From: Parcubacteria group bacterium
Lineage (GTDB): Bacteria > Patescibacteriota > Minisyncoccia > Moranbacterales > UBA11712
Direction of reading: 5' to 3'
Assembly: GCA_041659685.1 (NCBI GenBank)
Contig: JBAZXV010000001.1
Span: forward strand, 178,771-242,770
Length of the DNA: 64,000 bases
Under the pieces are notes generated by a model. It was not told the DNA's origin and ran no database searches. It saw nothing but the letters and a program-made list of their open reading frames with translations. Within the stretch, counting starts at the first letter, position 1; each line of letters starts with the position of its first letter. The translations under genes and the position numbers were made by a program. Shown piece after piece: positions 39,131 through 49,247 of the stretch.

Positions 39131-39814
39131 CTATTTAACGGATTGAATGTCGCTTTCAATGAGGCCGTCACGGACAGAAATTATCCGGTCTGCGAAATCA
39201 GCCACCTCCATTTCGTGCGTAATAAGAACAATAGTATGGCCATTTTTGTTGAGTTTTTTGAAAGTATCCATGACTTTATGGCTGGTTTTTGTATCGAGAT
39301 TGCCTGTCGGTTCATCAGCCAAAATAATCGAGGGATTGTTTATAAGAGCCCGCGCAATAGCCACTCTTTGCATCTGCCCGCCGGAAAGCTGATTAGAGAG
39401 ATTAAAAAATTTTCCCTCCTCGAGTCCTGTTTGCTCCAATGCTTTTCTGGCTCTCTTCTCCCGTTCTTTATATGGCGTGCCCGTATAAAGCAGCGGCATC
39501 ATTACATTCCGAAGCACTGTTGTCCTGGGAAGAAGATTAAATGCCTGAAAAACGAAACCTATTTTATTTCGGCGCAGATCAGATAATTCATTATCCGAAA
39601 GCATGGAAACTTCTTTTCCGTCCAAAAAATATTCTCCGCTTGTCGGAGTGTCCAATGCCCCCAGCAAGTGCATAAGAGTGGATTTTCCGCTCCCGGAAGG
39701 TCCGATTATGGAAACAAATTCACCTTCCTTTATCCTGAATGAAACTTCCTTAAGAGCGGTTGTTTCCACATCGCCGTTAATATAAACCTTTTTAAGATTT
39801 TTACATTCTATCAT
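39131..39814 (-). CDS. ABC transporter ATP-binding protein (MacB/LolD-type)
   Basis: GPSGSGKST Walker A, LSGGQMQRVAIARAL signature, and ILADEPTGNLD Walker B. Confidence 0.85.
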   Translation of the reverse strand: MIECKNLKKVYINGDVETTALKEVSFRIKEGEFVSIIGPSGSGKSTLMHLLGALDTPTSGEYFLDGKEVSMLSDNELSDLRRNKIGFVFQAFNLLPRTTVLRNVMMPLLYTGTPYKEREKRARKALEQTGLEEGKFFNLSNQLSGGQMQRVAIARALINNPSIILADEPTGNLDTKTSHKVMDTFKKLNKNGHTIVLITHEMEVADFADRIISVRDGLIESDIQSVK

Positions 39815-39845
39815 AGTTTATGTTGAGCTTTTCGGAACGCAATAT

Positions 39846-41066
39846 TTAACGGCCGCCGCCGCCCAATCCGGGAATCCTAAGGGATGACGATCCTCCCCCT
39901 GCCCCGCTTGAAGAACTTGCGCTTGTCGCATTCAGGTTGATGGTTTGGGTGACAACTTTATCTCCCTCATTAATCCCGTTTGCAATTTCCGTGTCTGTTC
40001 CGTTTGAAATGCCGATTTCAACGTTTTTCCGCACCGGAGTCTGGCCGTCATTTAAGACTTCCACATATGTTAATCCGCCCTGGCTTTTTACAGCGCTTGC
40101 CGGCGTTATTAAAACATTTTGCTTGACGTCGGTGATTATAGAGGCTGAAACGCTCATTTCCGGCTTAATTCTTGAATCCAGTGAATCAATATTAATCGTG
40201 ACGTTATAAGTCACAACACCTTGATCGATAGTGCCCAGAGAGTCTATTTTTTCAACTGCTCCCGTTGTCTGAAGCCCGTCGACAGCGTCAAAACTTAGCG
40301 AAACTTTTTGCCCTTGAGACACATTCGCCACATCCACTTCGTTAACTTGCACTTGGGCTTTCATCGTTCCAAGATCACCGATGATAATCGGCGCCTGTGA
40401 AGTACTGCTTGAAGAGAGCCGGCTGAGATCATCACCGTTCTTTATGTTTACGGCGTTAACAGTTCCGTCGATCGTGGCCGTTACCTTTCTTTTGCCAGCC
40501 TCGGTCAGAGTGTTGCTGTAATCCGCCTGGGTGGCGGCGAGATTTTTTTCCGCCTGGGTGACTTTATCTTCAGCCGTATCAATCTTGTCCTTCATTACTT
40601 TCAATTGTTTGTCAGTGTAAGTCCCCGGAGTCTTTTCTTCTTTCTTTTTGTTGGCATTATAGTCGGCTTTAGCTGACTTCACATCCACTTTTGCTGATTC
40701 AACGGCGTCTTTGGATTGTTTTAGCGAGGCATTCGCTTTCGCAACGCTAACCGTCAAATCACCGTTGACAATATTAAAAAGAAATTGGCCTTTTTTCACT
40801 TGGTCCCCCACAGCCACCGCCAAATCGGCCACCGTCCCTGTGATTGTCGGATCGACTGTGGCGCTTTGGTCCACTATAATATTTCCGCTTGCAGAGATAG
40901 AGGAAGTAAGAGTACCTTTTTCGACAGCCTGAGTGGTATACTGCGCCTGGGTGGTCGTCGTTTTTGATTTTTTGTACCAGTAATAGCTTCCCCCGGCTAT
41001 TAACAGCACTATCGCAATCCAAACATACTTCCTCTTTTTTCCAAGCATGGAGTGTATTTTTGCCAT
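39846..41066 (-). CDS. Efflux periplasmic adaptor (membrane fusion protein, MacA/HlyD family)
   Basis: N-terminal TM anchor, a coiled-coil region, and beta-barrel/lipoyl segments. Start is placed at MAKIHSML. Confidence 0.7.
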   Translation of the reverse strand: MAKIHSMLGKKRKYVWIAIVLLIAGGSYYWYKKSKTTTTQAQYTTQAVEKGTLTSSISASGNIIVDQSATVDPTITGTVADLAVAVGDQVKKGQFLFNIVNGDLTVSVAKANASLKQSKDAVESAKVDVKSAKADYNANKKKEEKTPGTYTDKQLKVMKDKIDTAEDKVTQAEKNLAATQADYSNTLTEAGKRKVTATIDGTVNAVNIKNGDDLSRLSSSSTSQAPIIIGDLGTMKAQVQVNEVDVANVSQGQKVSLSFDAVDGLQTTGAVEKIDSLGTIDQGVVTYNVTINIDSLDSRIKPEMSVSASIITDVKQNVLITPASAVKSQGGLTYVEVLNDGQTPVRKNVEIGISNGTDTEIANGINEGDKVVTQTINLNATSASSSSGAGGGSSSLRIPGLGGGGR

Positions 41067-41067
41067 A

Positions 41068-41565
41068 TTAATTGTTTTCACTGCCGCTAAAAACTCGGAC
41101 CAGATCAGCATTCACCACGCCATTGTCTCCCGGGCTTCCCATAACTACGATTCGGTCATCCTTTTTAAGGTCGCCGATTTTAATGTCATCGCTTTGCCGC
41201 TTGATAATAGTTTTGTCCGTCACCGCAACAGTGTTTTCTTTTCCGTCTCTGTCCCTGACGATTATATTATTGTCTGAAATTGAAATAACTGCTCCGGCAA
41301 GCCCATGAGCATTTCTAAAATCCCGACTCTCCGGATCAAATGGCAGGCCGGGCCTCGCCTGCGGTCCCGGCGGAAAATCAGGCCTGATCCGGTGGGAACC
41401 GACAAAGTTTCGCTCGTAATTTTCGCCGAACTTATAGGAAAACCTGGCTTTTTTAAGACCAACCGCCACACCGCCGGCAAAACTGGCAAGGATTACCAAA
41501 AATACCCCTATAGCCAGAGCGGCCACTTTGATCATTTTTGATTTTGTCGCTTCTTGCGTATCCAT
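41068..41565 (-). CDS. Hypothetical membrane-anchored protein
   Basis: TM helix (VAALAIGVFLVILASFAGGVAVGL). Its stop overlaps the start of the adaptor gene by 4 nt. Confidence 0.4.
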   Translation of the reverse strand: MDTQEATKSKMIKVAALAIGVFLVILASFAGGVAVGLKKARFSYKFGENYERNFVGSHRIRPDFPPGPQARPGLPFDPESRDFRNAHGLAGAVISISDNNIIVRDRDGKENTVAVTDKTIIKRQSDDIKIGDLKKDDRIVVMGSPGDNGVVNADLVRVFSGSENN

Positions 41566-41731
41566 ATATATTATATATCTTAATTAAATAATTACCCTTC
41601 GCCATCAGCCTGCCCTCCGAAAAAATTATATTTTTATACCTTTATTTAGCGGACCGCCGCCTCCCGCATCCGGCGCAAAAATAAAAACCTGAATCCTGTC
41701 CGCTAATTTTCAAAAAAGCGGATCAAAAACC

Positions 41732-42139
41732 TCACACCCAGTTTTTAGTGTGATAATTGCTTGTCGATTTAAAATAAAAATCGATCGACAAAATCAGAAG
41801 CAAAACCGACGCAAGAACTATGGCCAAAGAAGCGGCCGGAAATGTTTCAAGAAGCGAAAAGGCAAAATCCTTCCAAAATGAAGCGACTGCCGCCGTATCA
41901 GATCCCGCCAGCCTCAAAAGGCTCCAAAATTCCGATTTGGCGATTCCGTTCCAAAAATTCATAACAACAAAAATAAAAGCCCCGAGAGAGAAAAGTGTGA
42001 GCGCGTCCGCAAAAATAAGCCTTTTCTTTGACCGCCAGCTTTTTTCCAAAGCAATTGATTTCAGTATTTTCTCTTCGATCCCCTGCGAAGGTTCGATATT
42101 TTTGAGGTTTTTGAACAGGCTCTGCATAGTATGTGGCAT
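41732..42139 (-). CDS. Hypothetical membrane protein
   Basis: Two or three hydrophobic helices. Confidence 0.35.
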   Translation of the reverse strand: MPHTMQSLFKNLKNIEPSQGIEEKILKSIALEKSWRSKKRLIFADALTLFSLGAFIFVVMNFWNGIAKSEFWSLLRLAGSDTAAVASFWKDFAFSLLETFPAASLAIVLASVLLLILSIDFYFKSTSNYHTKNWV

Positions 42140-42245
42140 ATAATTATATTACGAGTGAATGCCTGTTATGGACGCATCCGTGTTTTTTGTGGTATTTTTG
42201 CCTTAGCTTTGATAAAGTTTTACTGATAAATCTGCCGACAACAAA

Positions 42246-42884
42246 ATGAGCCTGATTAAGACAAAATACGATAAAAATTATTTTGAAAATTATTTTTATC
42301 GAGAGAAATTAAACTCCCAAAGAAACGAAAAACGGATCAAGGAGCTCCTCAAAAACAAAAAGGATGGAGAATTGCTGGAATTGGGATGCGGCGAGGGTAA
42401 TTTCCTTAAGAAGGCAGAACCATTTTTTAATATTAGCGGATTGGACATTTCCAGTTATGCCGTAAGGAAGGCAATCAAATTGCTTGGATACAAAGTTTAT
42501 CAAGACGATATTAACGGAACTTCTCTACGAAAAAATTATTACGACGCAATTATAGCATTCAATGTGCTGGAGCACATGAAAAATCCTAAGATAATTATTA
42601 ATAAGTCATGCCAAGCGCTCAAAAAGGACGGGATATTGTTTGGGTCTGTTCCAAACAACTTCGGAGTTATTGGCAAAATAGCGACAAAATTTTCAAATAA
42701 AATTGATAAAACGCACTGTTCGACTTATATCCCTTCCGTTTGGAAAAAACATTTTTCTGACGCGGGCTTTAAAAGCATAATTTTCTTCGGCGAAACTCCG
42801 ATCGGAAGAAATCGCAATATCTACCTTAAGAATAAATTATGGAAATATTTTTCATTTAATCTTATATTTGTTTGCAAGAAATAA
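42246..42884 (+). CDS. Class I SAM-dependent methyltransferase
   Basis: LLELGCGEGNF motif I and AFNVLEHMKNP. Confidence 0.65.
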   Translation: MSLIKTKYDKNYFENYFYREKLNSQRNEKRIKELLKNKKDGELLELGCGEGNFLKKAEPFFNISGLDISSYAVRKAIKLLGYKVYQDDINGTSLRKNYYDAIIAFNVLEHMKNPKIIINKSCQALKKDGILFGSVPNNFGVIGKIATKFSNKIDKTHCSTYIPSVWKKHFSDAGFKSIIFFGETPIGRNRNIYLKNKLWKYFSFNLIFVCKK

Positions 42885-42925
42885 TTCCTTACCCGTCCCG
42901 GCACTTAAAGTCGGGGTGAATTTTT

Positions 42926-43477
42926 TTATTTTAGAAATTCTTTCAGCTTTTTCAGCCCTCTTTGATGCCGGCTTTTGATAGTGTTATACGGCTCTTCCAA
43001 AATTTCAGAGATTTCGTGGAGGGAAAAGTCTTCCTTATAGCGCAGAAGCAATATCGCGCGGTAGTGCGGCGGGAGTTTTTGGAGAAGGGCGCCCAATTCT
43101 TCGGCGATGTTTTTTCGTTCCAGAATTTCATCCGGCAAAAATTTTTCGTCCTCAATATTTTCGAGCCAATTTTCCCCTTCTTCATCTGAAAATTTGGAGA
43201 AGGGAATTTCTTTTTTCTTCTTGAAATAATCAAAGGCCGTGTTTTTGGCGATGGCGAAAAGCCAAGTTTTGAAACTCTTCTTCGGATCGAAACGCCTTAG
43301 GTTCTTCCATACCTTTACGAAAGCGACTTGCGTTAAATCTTCGGCCGTATCGCGGTCGTTCACTAATCGGAAGATAAAATTATATACCGGTTTCAGGTAT
43401 ATTTTCACGATTTCCGAAAAAACGGCTTCATCGCCGCTTAAATGTTTTTTGATCAGTTCCTTGTCGTTCGATTCCAT
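42926..43477 (-). CDS. ECF-type RNA polymerase sigma factor
   Basis: Region 2 is DLTQVAFVKVWKNLRRFD and region 4 is LLLRYKEDFSLHEISEIL. Confidence 0.8.
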   Translation of the reverse strand: MESNDKELIKKHLSGDEAVFSEIVKIYLKPVYNFIFRLVNDRDTAEDLTQVAFVKVWKNLRRFDPKKSFKTWLFAIAKNTAFDYFKKKKEIPFSKFSDEEGENWLENIEDEKFLPDEILERKNIAEELGALLQKLPPHYRAILLLRYKEDFSLHEISEILEEPYNTIKSRHQRGLKKLKEFLK

Positions 43478-43490
43478 AAACTTTCCAAAT

Positions 43491-44603
43491 TCAACTTTTT
43501 AGCCATTCCAGTGTTTCACGCGCGCATTTCTCCCACAAAAAATCCTCAGCTCTTTTGAGGCCCTTTTCTGCCAGTTGTTTCTGCAGATTATTGTTTCCCA
43601 GGATTTCCCGCAAAGATTTTTCCAATTCAATGGCATTATTTGGCTTATATAAAATACCGTTTCCCCCTATGATTTCCCCCAGACTTGAATTATCAGCCGC
43701 AACAACCGGCGTTCCGCAAGCCATCGCCTCGAGAACAGGTATGCCGAATCCCTCATAAAGAGAGGGAAGAACGAAAACTTCCGCGCCCCAAAGGAGAGCC
43801 GGCAGATCCGCAGTCTCATATTTTCCCGTCGAAATAATCTTCGGATTATTTTTTATGCGCTTCATTGTCTCTTCATACATCCATCCCAGATCCCCGGCAA
43901 TCACAAGTTTTTTTTCTTTTACCGATCCGTCTCTTTGCAGAGATTCAAACGCGTCGATCAAGGCCTGGATATTTTTTCTCGGCTGCAAGGCTCCGGCATA
44001 GATTATATATTTGTCCGCCGGCAATTTGTATTTAGCTCTTATTTTTTCCATCCGCTCTTCCGAGACATTTCTGCTAAATAAATCTTTGTCGTATCCGTGA
44101 TAAATGACTCTTATTTTCTCTTCGCGCAGTCCCGGATATATTTTCAGGAGATCATTTTTTGTCGAATTAGAAACGGCAATCAGCTTGTCGGCGTTGCGAA
44201 CCGCATAGTCAGTGAAGAAATTCAAGCGGCGCAAATCTTTTTTAGGAAAATGATCGGGAAATAATTTGAAAGCGAGATCATGGATCGTGACAATGGTTTT
44301 AGTGTTCTTTGACCTGAGAAGGGGCAGGGAATGCATCGGCATCCAAAGGATATCAGGTTTTGTTTTTCGCATTTCCCAGGCAAAACGGGTTTGCGTCCAG
44401 TAAAAGGGAAACTTAAGCTTTATTATTTTGTAATTGTCAAAAACGGGAAATTTTAATTCCGGATTAAATTCATTTTCGTGATATATCAAAAATTGGTCCT
44501 CCGTGTCAAGAAGACCAAAATTTTTTAGAACGTTTTGAATATAAATCCGCGTGCCGTCAATCCGCTTATGGTCAAGATCCGCCGCACTTATGGCAATTTT
44601 CAT
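43491..44603 (-). CDS. Glycosyltransferase family 4
   Basis: GIPVLEAMACGTPVVA, a GT4 EX7E-region motif. Confidence 0.8.
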   Translation of the reverse strand: MKIAISAADLDHKRIDGTRIYIQNVLKNFGLLDTEDQFLIYHENEFNPELKFPVFDNYKIIKLKFPFYWTQTRFAWEMRKTKPDILWMPMHSLPLLRSKNTKTIVTIHDLAFKLFPDHFPKKDLRRLNFFTDYAVRNADKLIAVSNSTKNDLLKIYPGLREEKIRVIYHGYDKDLFSRNVSEERMEKIRAKYKLPADKYIIYAGALQPRKNIQALIDAFESLQRDGSVKEKKLVIAGDLGWMYEETMKRIKNNPKIISTGKYETADLPALLWGAEVFVLPSLYEGFGIPVLEAMACGTPVVAADNSSLGEIIGGNGILYKPNNAIELEKSLREILGNNNLQKQLAEKGLKRAEDFLWEKCARETLEWLKS

Positions 44604-44604
44604 A

Positions 44605-46095
44605 TTAATAATTTTTGAATTTTCCTTTTTTCACATCCCTCAAAAATTCCATAAAACCTTCCTGCGCTTCCTGTTCAAACATCGCCCTAACGGCCATAGG
44701 CGTGGTCGCCGGTGATTTCCAGTTGTATATGGGTTTTAGGTTTTTTCTCATGATATAAGCGGTTTTGACCAAAAAGTTCGTGTCGCCCTGCACGGGACAG
44801 GCGTAGATATAGTCTTCAGGATCACCGCTTTGATTAAATCCGCCCTTGACCTCAAAAGTAACCGGCAAACCCTGGTTTTTTATTTTCCTGAACGCCTCAA
44901 CCGGATCCGGATAATGATTGAAATTTTTATTGAGATATTTTATATTCTCGTTTTTTATATCTTTGAGTTGATGAGACTCAACCATCACAGTGCGGCTGAG
45001 TTTCCGGTCAAAAAAACAGGCTCCGCCTTTTTGGGGCTTCAAGGGATTTTGGGCCACAATCTCCATCACCATGTTATATCCCTTTTTCCCAAGCTCAAGC
45101 GCCAGAGCAAGACTGGGAAGATCCACGGCGCAGGTGAGATAACCCAGATCCTCGACGTTATAAGAGAGCAGATCGTCATGAGCAGCCAGAATATCCTCAA
45201 ATTCCCGGCTGGAAAGAAAAAATCTCCTGCCTGTGTCCTTCGGATCAACCCTGAAAATGACATTGTCATGTGTTTTTTGCATGATCATCTGTCCGTGATT
45301 GTGAAGCCTCTTGTTTTTTTCCGTTGTTCGATCATAAAAAAGACTTCCTTCTTTGATATACATCCCGTGAAAACTTCTTTGGATCATGAAATATATCCTT
45401 TGCGGGCTAAACCCGAAAAAATTGAACCGCTTGAATTCATCAAGAATTTCTTCCGCCGTCTGCTCGTTCAAAACGATCAAGGCGCTTTGTTTTTCCAGAA
45501 CGTTGTTTGGATTTTTGTTATTCTGCCTTGCAATCCTGGCGACATCATAAGCCATTTGAAGCATGTGCCGATTGCCAAGGGAAATGCTTCGCATCTCCCG
45601 GGGATCTCTTCCTGCGATTTCCAGAACCTTTTTTTTGGTTATTTCTCTTGCTATTCCCCTTCTTTTCTCAGCCAGTTTTTTTCCTTTTACTCCGCCTTTT
45701 TTTAGTTCCTGAAGAGCCTCCTGGCGGATGTGTCCGACAACCTCGTCGAGAGAGAATTGGCTGAGATCGAGGAGATATTTTGTTCCCAACCCCAAACGGG
45801 TGGCTTCCCCCGCCGCCGTATGCTCCCAGAAAAATTTTCCCTCAAGGATCGCTTTTTCCGAGACCGAAGTTCCTATTTTGTCATCATCAAGCACAATTAT
45901 CCTTTTCTCGTCAATCGGCTCGAGATATTTATAATTTTCGTAGGCGTTAATCTTTGGCTGATCTTTTTTTATCTCGGCAATTGTCGTTTTTCCGGCATTC
46001 TTATAAAAACGATGCAGCATCCATTCAATATACCGCGCCACCGAGATGCGGTATTCCTCAAATGAATCGAGATGAATTTTCGGTTTATTGCCCAT
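44605..46095 (-). CDS. Putative UDP-sugar pyrophosphorylase-like nucleotidyltransferase (UDPGP-like); assignment tentative
   Basis: HTAAGEATRLGLGTKY resembles the UDPGP G-rich loop. About 500 aa, and its start overlaps the GT4 stop. Confidence 0.35.
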   Translation of the reverse strand: MGNKPKIHLDSFEEYRISVARYIEWMLHRFYKNAGKTTIAEIKKDQPKINAYENYKYLEPIDEKRIIVLDDDKIGTSVSEKAILEGKFFWEHTAAGEATRLGLGTKYLLDLSQFSLDEVVGHIRQEALQELKKGGVKGKKLAEKRRGIAREITKKKVLEIAGRDPREMRSISLGNRHMLQMAYDVARIARQNNKNPNNVLEKQSALIVLNEQTAEEILDEFKRFNFFGFSPQRIYFMIQRSFHGMYIKEGSLFYDRTTEKNKRLHNHGQMIMQKTHDNVIFRVDPKDTGRRFFLSSREFEDILAAHDDLLSYNVEDLGYLTCAVDLPSLALALELGKKGYNMVMEIVAQNPLKPQKGGACFFDRKLSRTVMVESHQLKDIKNENIKYLNKNFNHYPDPVEAFRKIKNQGLPVTFEVKGGFNQSGDPEDYIYACPVQGDTNFLVKTAYIMRKNLKPIYNWKSPATTPMAVRAMFEQEAQEGFMEFLRDVKKGKFKNY

Positions 46096-46113
46096 AACTT
46101 TAATATGTTTACG

Positions 46114-46923
46114 CTATAGTAATCTTTTTTTCGCAATCGCTTTCAATTCCGCGTTGAACTCTTCAATCGCCTGATCGATGAGAGGATCAAAATTCTTGTA
46201 TATTTCTTTGTCTCTGACAATATTCCCGGCATCGAGCAAAGAATCATAAGTTCCCGCATCCAGCCATTCGCCGGATATTTTGTTAACATTCAGCTCGCCC
46301 ATATCCAAATATTTTTTATTTACATCGGTTATTTCTATTTCCCCTCTTTCCGACGGCTTCAGGCTTTTGGCAATTTCTACGACGCGATTGTCGTAAATAT
46401 ACGCCCCCGTCACGCAATAATTGCTTTTCGGATTTTCCGGCTTCTCTTCGATTGAAATGGCTTTTCCGGTGCCGTCGAATTCAACGATTCCGAATCTTTC
46501 CGGATCCGGAACCTCTTTGGCGAAAATCATTCCTCCCTCTCCGAATTTCTTTATAAACGAAGAAAGATCGTCTTCAAAAATATTGTCGCCAAGTATCATC
46601 GTTACGCTGTCCTTTCCAATAAAGGGTTCTCCCAAAATAAACGCATCCGCCAGTCCTTTGGGAAGCTTTTGAACCTCGAAATAAAGATGAATCCCGTGAT
46701 TTTTGAAAATCGATCCGAGAAGATTCAGAAATTGGCCTGAATGATCAGGCGAAACAATCATCAGAATATCTTTGATTCCCGCCTTGATAAGGACATTCAG
46801 CGGATAAAAGACCATCTGCCGGTTATAAACCGGGAGAAGCTGCTTCGAGGTTGTCGCGGTAAGCGGAAACAGTCTTGTAGCCGTCCCGCCGGCGAGAATT
46901 ATCCCCTTCATTTTTTTTGCCAT
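46114..46923 (-). CDS. rmlA: Glucose-1-phosphate thymidylyltransferase
   Basis: MKGIILAGGTATRLFPLTATTSKQLLPVYNRQMVFYPL. Confidence 0.85.
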   Translation of the reverse strand: MAKKMKGIILAGGTATRLFPLTATTSKQLLPVYNRQMVFYPLNVLIKAGIKDILMIVSPDHSGQFLNLLGSIFKNHGIHLYFEVQKLPKGLADAFILGEPFIGKDSVTMILGDNIFEDDLSSFIKKFGEGGMIFAKEVPDPERFGIVEFDGTGKAISIEEKPENPKSNYCVTGAYIYDNRVVEIAKSLKPSERGEIEITDVNKKYLDMGELNVNKISGEWLDAGTYDSLLDAGNIVRDKEIYKNFDPLIDQAIEEFNAELKAIAKKRLL

Positions 46924-46927
46924 ACGA

Positions 46928-47797
46928 TTATAAATTATAGTTTTTATTCAAATATTCTTTGAGCGCGTCTTTATAATTTCGGAGCGGCTTCAATTTAGTG
47001 TTGCGCAAGACCGAAGAATGCGGCCTTTTGGCGGGGCGGGGAAATTCCGACGACGGAACCGGGATTATTTCCATCTCGATGCCGGCCATCTTGAAAAGCT
47101 CCTGCGCCGCTTCATACCAGGTGCAGGGACCTTCATTGACGACGTGATAAATTCCAAAAGGAACGGCTTCCTCGATAATTTTTTTCGTCTCGAGAGCAAG
47201 ATCGGGAGTGTAGGTAAAACAGCTCCTTTCTTCATCAACAAGCTTCAGGGTGCTGTTGTCTTTTGCGAGTTGCATCATCGTATCAAAAAAACTTCGCTTA
47301 GACATTTCCGATCTCCCCGGATTTCCAAAAAGTTTTGAGGTTCTGATGATATAAAATTTATCCGCGTTCTTCCTGATTTCCTCTTCACCCAGAAACTTCG
47401 AACGGGCATAATTGGAGATTGGATTAGGTTTGTCATTTTCGTCATATTCTCCTTTTTCGCCGTCAAAAACATAGTCACTGCTGTAGTGTACGACCGGAAT
47501 TCCCTTTTCTTTTGCTATTTTAGCCAAAAATCCCGGACCAAAGCCGTTAACTTTTTTTGCCAGCTCAAATTCAATTTCATCCGACTCGCAGCGGTCAACC
47601 GCATTGTAACCGGTTGCATTTATGACCGCAATCGGATCAATTTCCTCAATCTTGTTCCTCAGACTTTCTTCGGACGTTATATCGATTTCACTGCGATCAA
47701 AAGCAAAAACTTCCCAGCTTTGGCTGTCTTCAAAAACTTTAACAAGGTCTTGTCCCAGCATTCCGTGCGAACCGATGACCATAATGCGATTATTCAT
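46928..47797 (-). CDS. rmlD: dTDP-4-dehydrorhamnose reductase
   Basis: IMVIGSHGMLG Rossmann motif, YSSDYVFDG, and SNYARSK. Confidence 0.85.
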   Translation of the reverse strand: MNNRIMVIGSHGMLGQDLVKVFEDSQSWEVFAFDRSEIDITSEESLRNKIEEIDPIAVINATGYNAVDRCESDEIEFELAKKVNGFGPGFLAKIAKEKGIPVVHYSSDYVFDGEKGEYDENDKPNPISNYARSKFLGEEEIRKNADKFYIIRTSKLFGNPGRSEMSKRSFFDTMMQLAKDNSTLKLVDEERSCFTYTPDLALETKKIIEEAVPFGIYHVVNEGPCTWYEAAQELFKMAGIEMEIIPVPSSEFPRPAKRPHSSVLRNTKLKPLRNYKDALKEYLNKNYNL

Positions 47798-47815
47798 TCT
47801 GCAGGGCGCTAATAA

Positions 47816-48874
47816 TTAATTATTTTCACCGGATTCCCCATATTGCTTTTCATAATATTTCATATATTCCCCGCTTTTAATTTTCCGCCACCAAGACTCG
47901 TTGGCTTTATACCATTCGACAGTTTTTTTCATTCCTTCGTCAAAATTTGTCCGCGGCTCCCATCCGAGTTCGTTTTTAATTTTCGTAAAATCAATCGCAT
48001 ATCTTCTGTCATGGCCGGGCCGGTCCTTTACGTATTCTATCATTTCCTCTCCCTTTCCGAGAAGATCCAGAATTTTTTTGGTAATTTCGATATTTGGCTT
48101 TTCCGAGTCGCCTCCGACACAATAGGTTTCTCCGATCTTCCCTTTGTGGATGATCAGGTCGATCGCCTCGCAATGATCCTCAACGAAAAGCCAGTCGCGA
48201 ACTTGCATCCCATCGCCATAGACAGGAAGCTTTTTTCCCTCAATCACATTCGTAATAAAAAGCCCGTGGAGTTTTTCGGGAAACTGGAATGGGCCGTAGT
48301 TATTCGAGCAATTGGAAATTGTGACTGGCAGGTTGTGGGTATGAAAATAGGCCATCACAAGATGATCAGCGGCAGCTTTTGAAGCGGAATAAGGGCTCCG
48401 CGGCGCAAAAGGGGTTTTTTCGTTGAAAAGCGGGTCATTCGGTCCCAAATGGCCGAAAACTTCGTCCGTCGAAACGTGATGAAATCTCTTCGGGCCGTTT
48501 GCTTTCGCGGCTTCCAGAAGATTATGCGTCCCGACGATATTGGTGCGGATAAACGCCGCGCTGTCGAGAATAGAGCGGTCTACGTGTGATTCCGCGGCAA
48601 AGTTAACAATAACATCAATGTCCTTAGCAAGATCATTAACCAAATCTTTATCCGCGATATCGCCTTTTACGAACTTATAATTCGGATTATTTTCGATATC
48701 TTTAAGATTTTCGAGATTTCCCGCGTAGGTTAAAAGATCAAGATTTACAATCTTGTAATCCGGATAATTCTTGAGCATGTAGCGGACAAAATTGGAACCG
48801 ATGAATCCGGCGCCGCCGGTGACAAGAAGTGAGAGTTGGGATTTGTGAGTTGGGATTTGTGAGTTATTTTTCAT
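47816..48874 (-). CDS. rmlB: dTDP-glucose 4,6-dehydratase (N-terminal extension contains a 14-nt tandem duplication)
   Basis: LLVTGGAGFIGSNFV and the YSASKAA active site. The N-terminus MKNNSQIPTHKSQLS is encoded by a cacaaatcccaact x2 repeat. Confidence 0.9.
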   Translation of the reverse strand: MKNNSQIPTHKSQLSLLVTGGAGFIGSNFVRYMLKNYPDYKIVNLDLLTYAGNLENLKDIENNPNYKFVKGDIADKDLVNDLAKDIDVIVNFAAESHVDRSILDSAAFIRTNIVGTHNLLEAAKANGPKRFHHVSTDEVFGHLGPNDPLFNEKTPFAPRSPYSASKAAADHLVMAYFHTHNLPVTISNCSNNYGPFQFPEKLHGLFITNVIEGKKLPVYGDGMQVRDWLFVEDHCEAIDLIIHKGKIGETYCVGGDSEKPNIEITKKILDLLGKGEEMIEYVKDRPGHDRRYAIDFTKIKNELGWEPRTNFDEGMKKTVEWYKANESWWRKIKSGEYMKYYEKQYGESGENN

Positions 48875-49217
48875 TATATTTGATTAATCCGCTTAGCATT
48901 TTCGCAATTTCTTCGCTTTGTTTATATAATTTATTGTAATCTTCTTTCGAAATATAACCTTGCATTAATGCTAAATCTAATAAACTAACGACTTCATACA
49001 ATGATCCCTTAGCGATATTGAATAAATTTCTGCTTTCTTTATTACTAATTCTGCCACTCGCTTCAGCTATATTAGCAATTACTGAAATTGCAGCTCTTAT
49101 AATTTGACTAATTAACGAAAATTTCAAATGTGGTGGAAACTTTTCTGATATTTTGAAAATTTCGCCATTAAACACTAAGGCTTTTTTGTAAACGTCCAGT
49201 CTCTCGAATTTATACAT
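48864..49217 (-). CDS. Four-helix-bundle protein (23S rRNA intervening-sequence protein family)
   Basis: 117 aa with the conserved IAEASGR and GSLYEV motifs of the family. It is inserted between rmlC and rmlB and overlaps the rmlB start by 11 nt. Confidence 0.65.
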   Translation of the reverse strand: MYKFERLDVYKKALVFNGEIFKISEKFPPHLKFSLISQIIRAAISVIANIAEASGRISNKESRNLFNIAKGSLYEVVSLLDLALMQGYISKEDYNKLYKQSEEIAKMLSGLIKYNEK

Positions 49218-49247
49218 AAATCTCTATCTCAATTCTCTATCTCAAAT

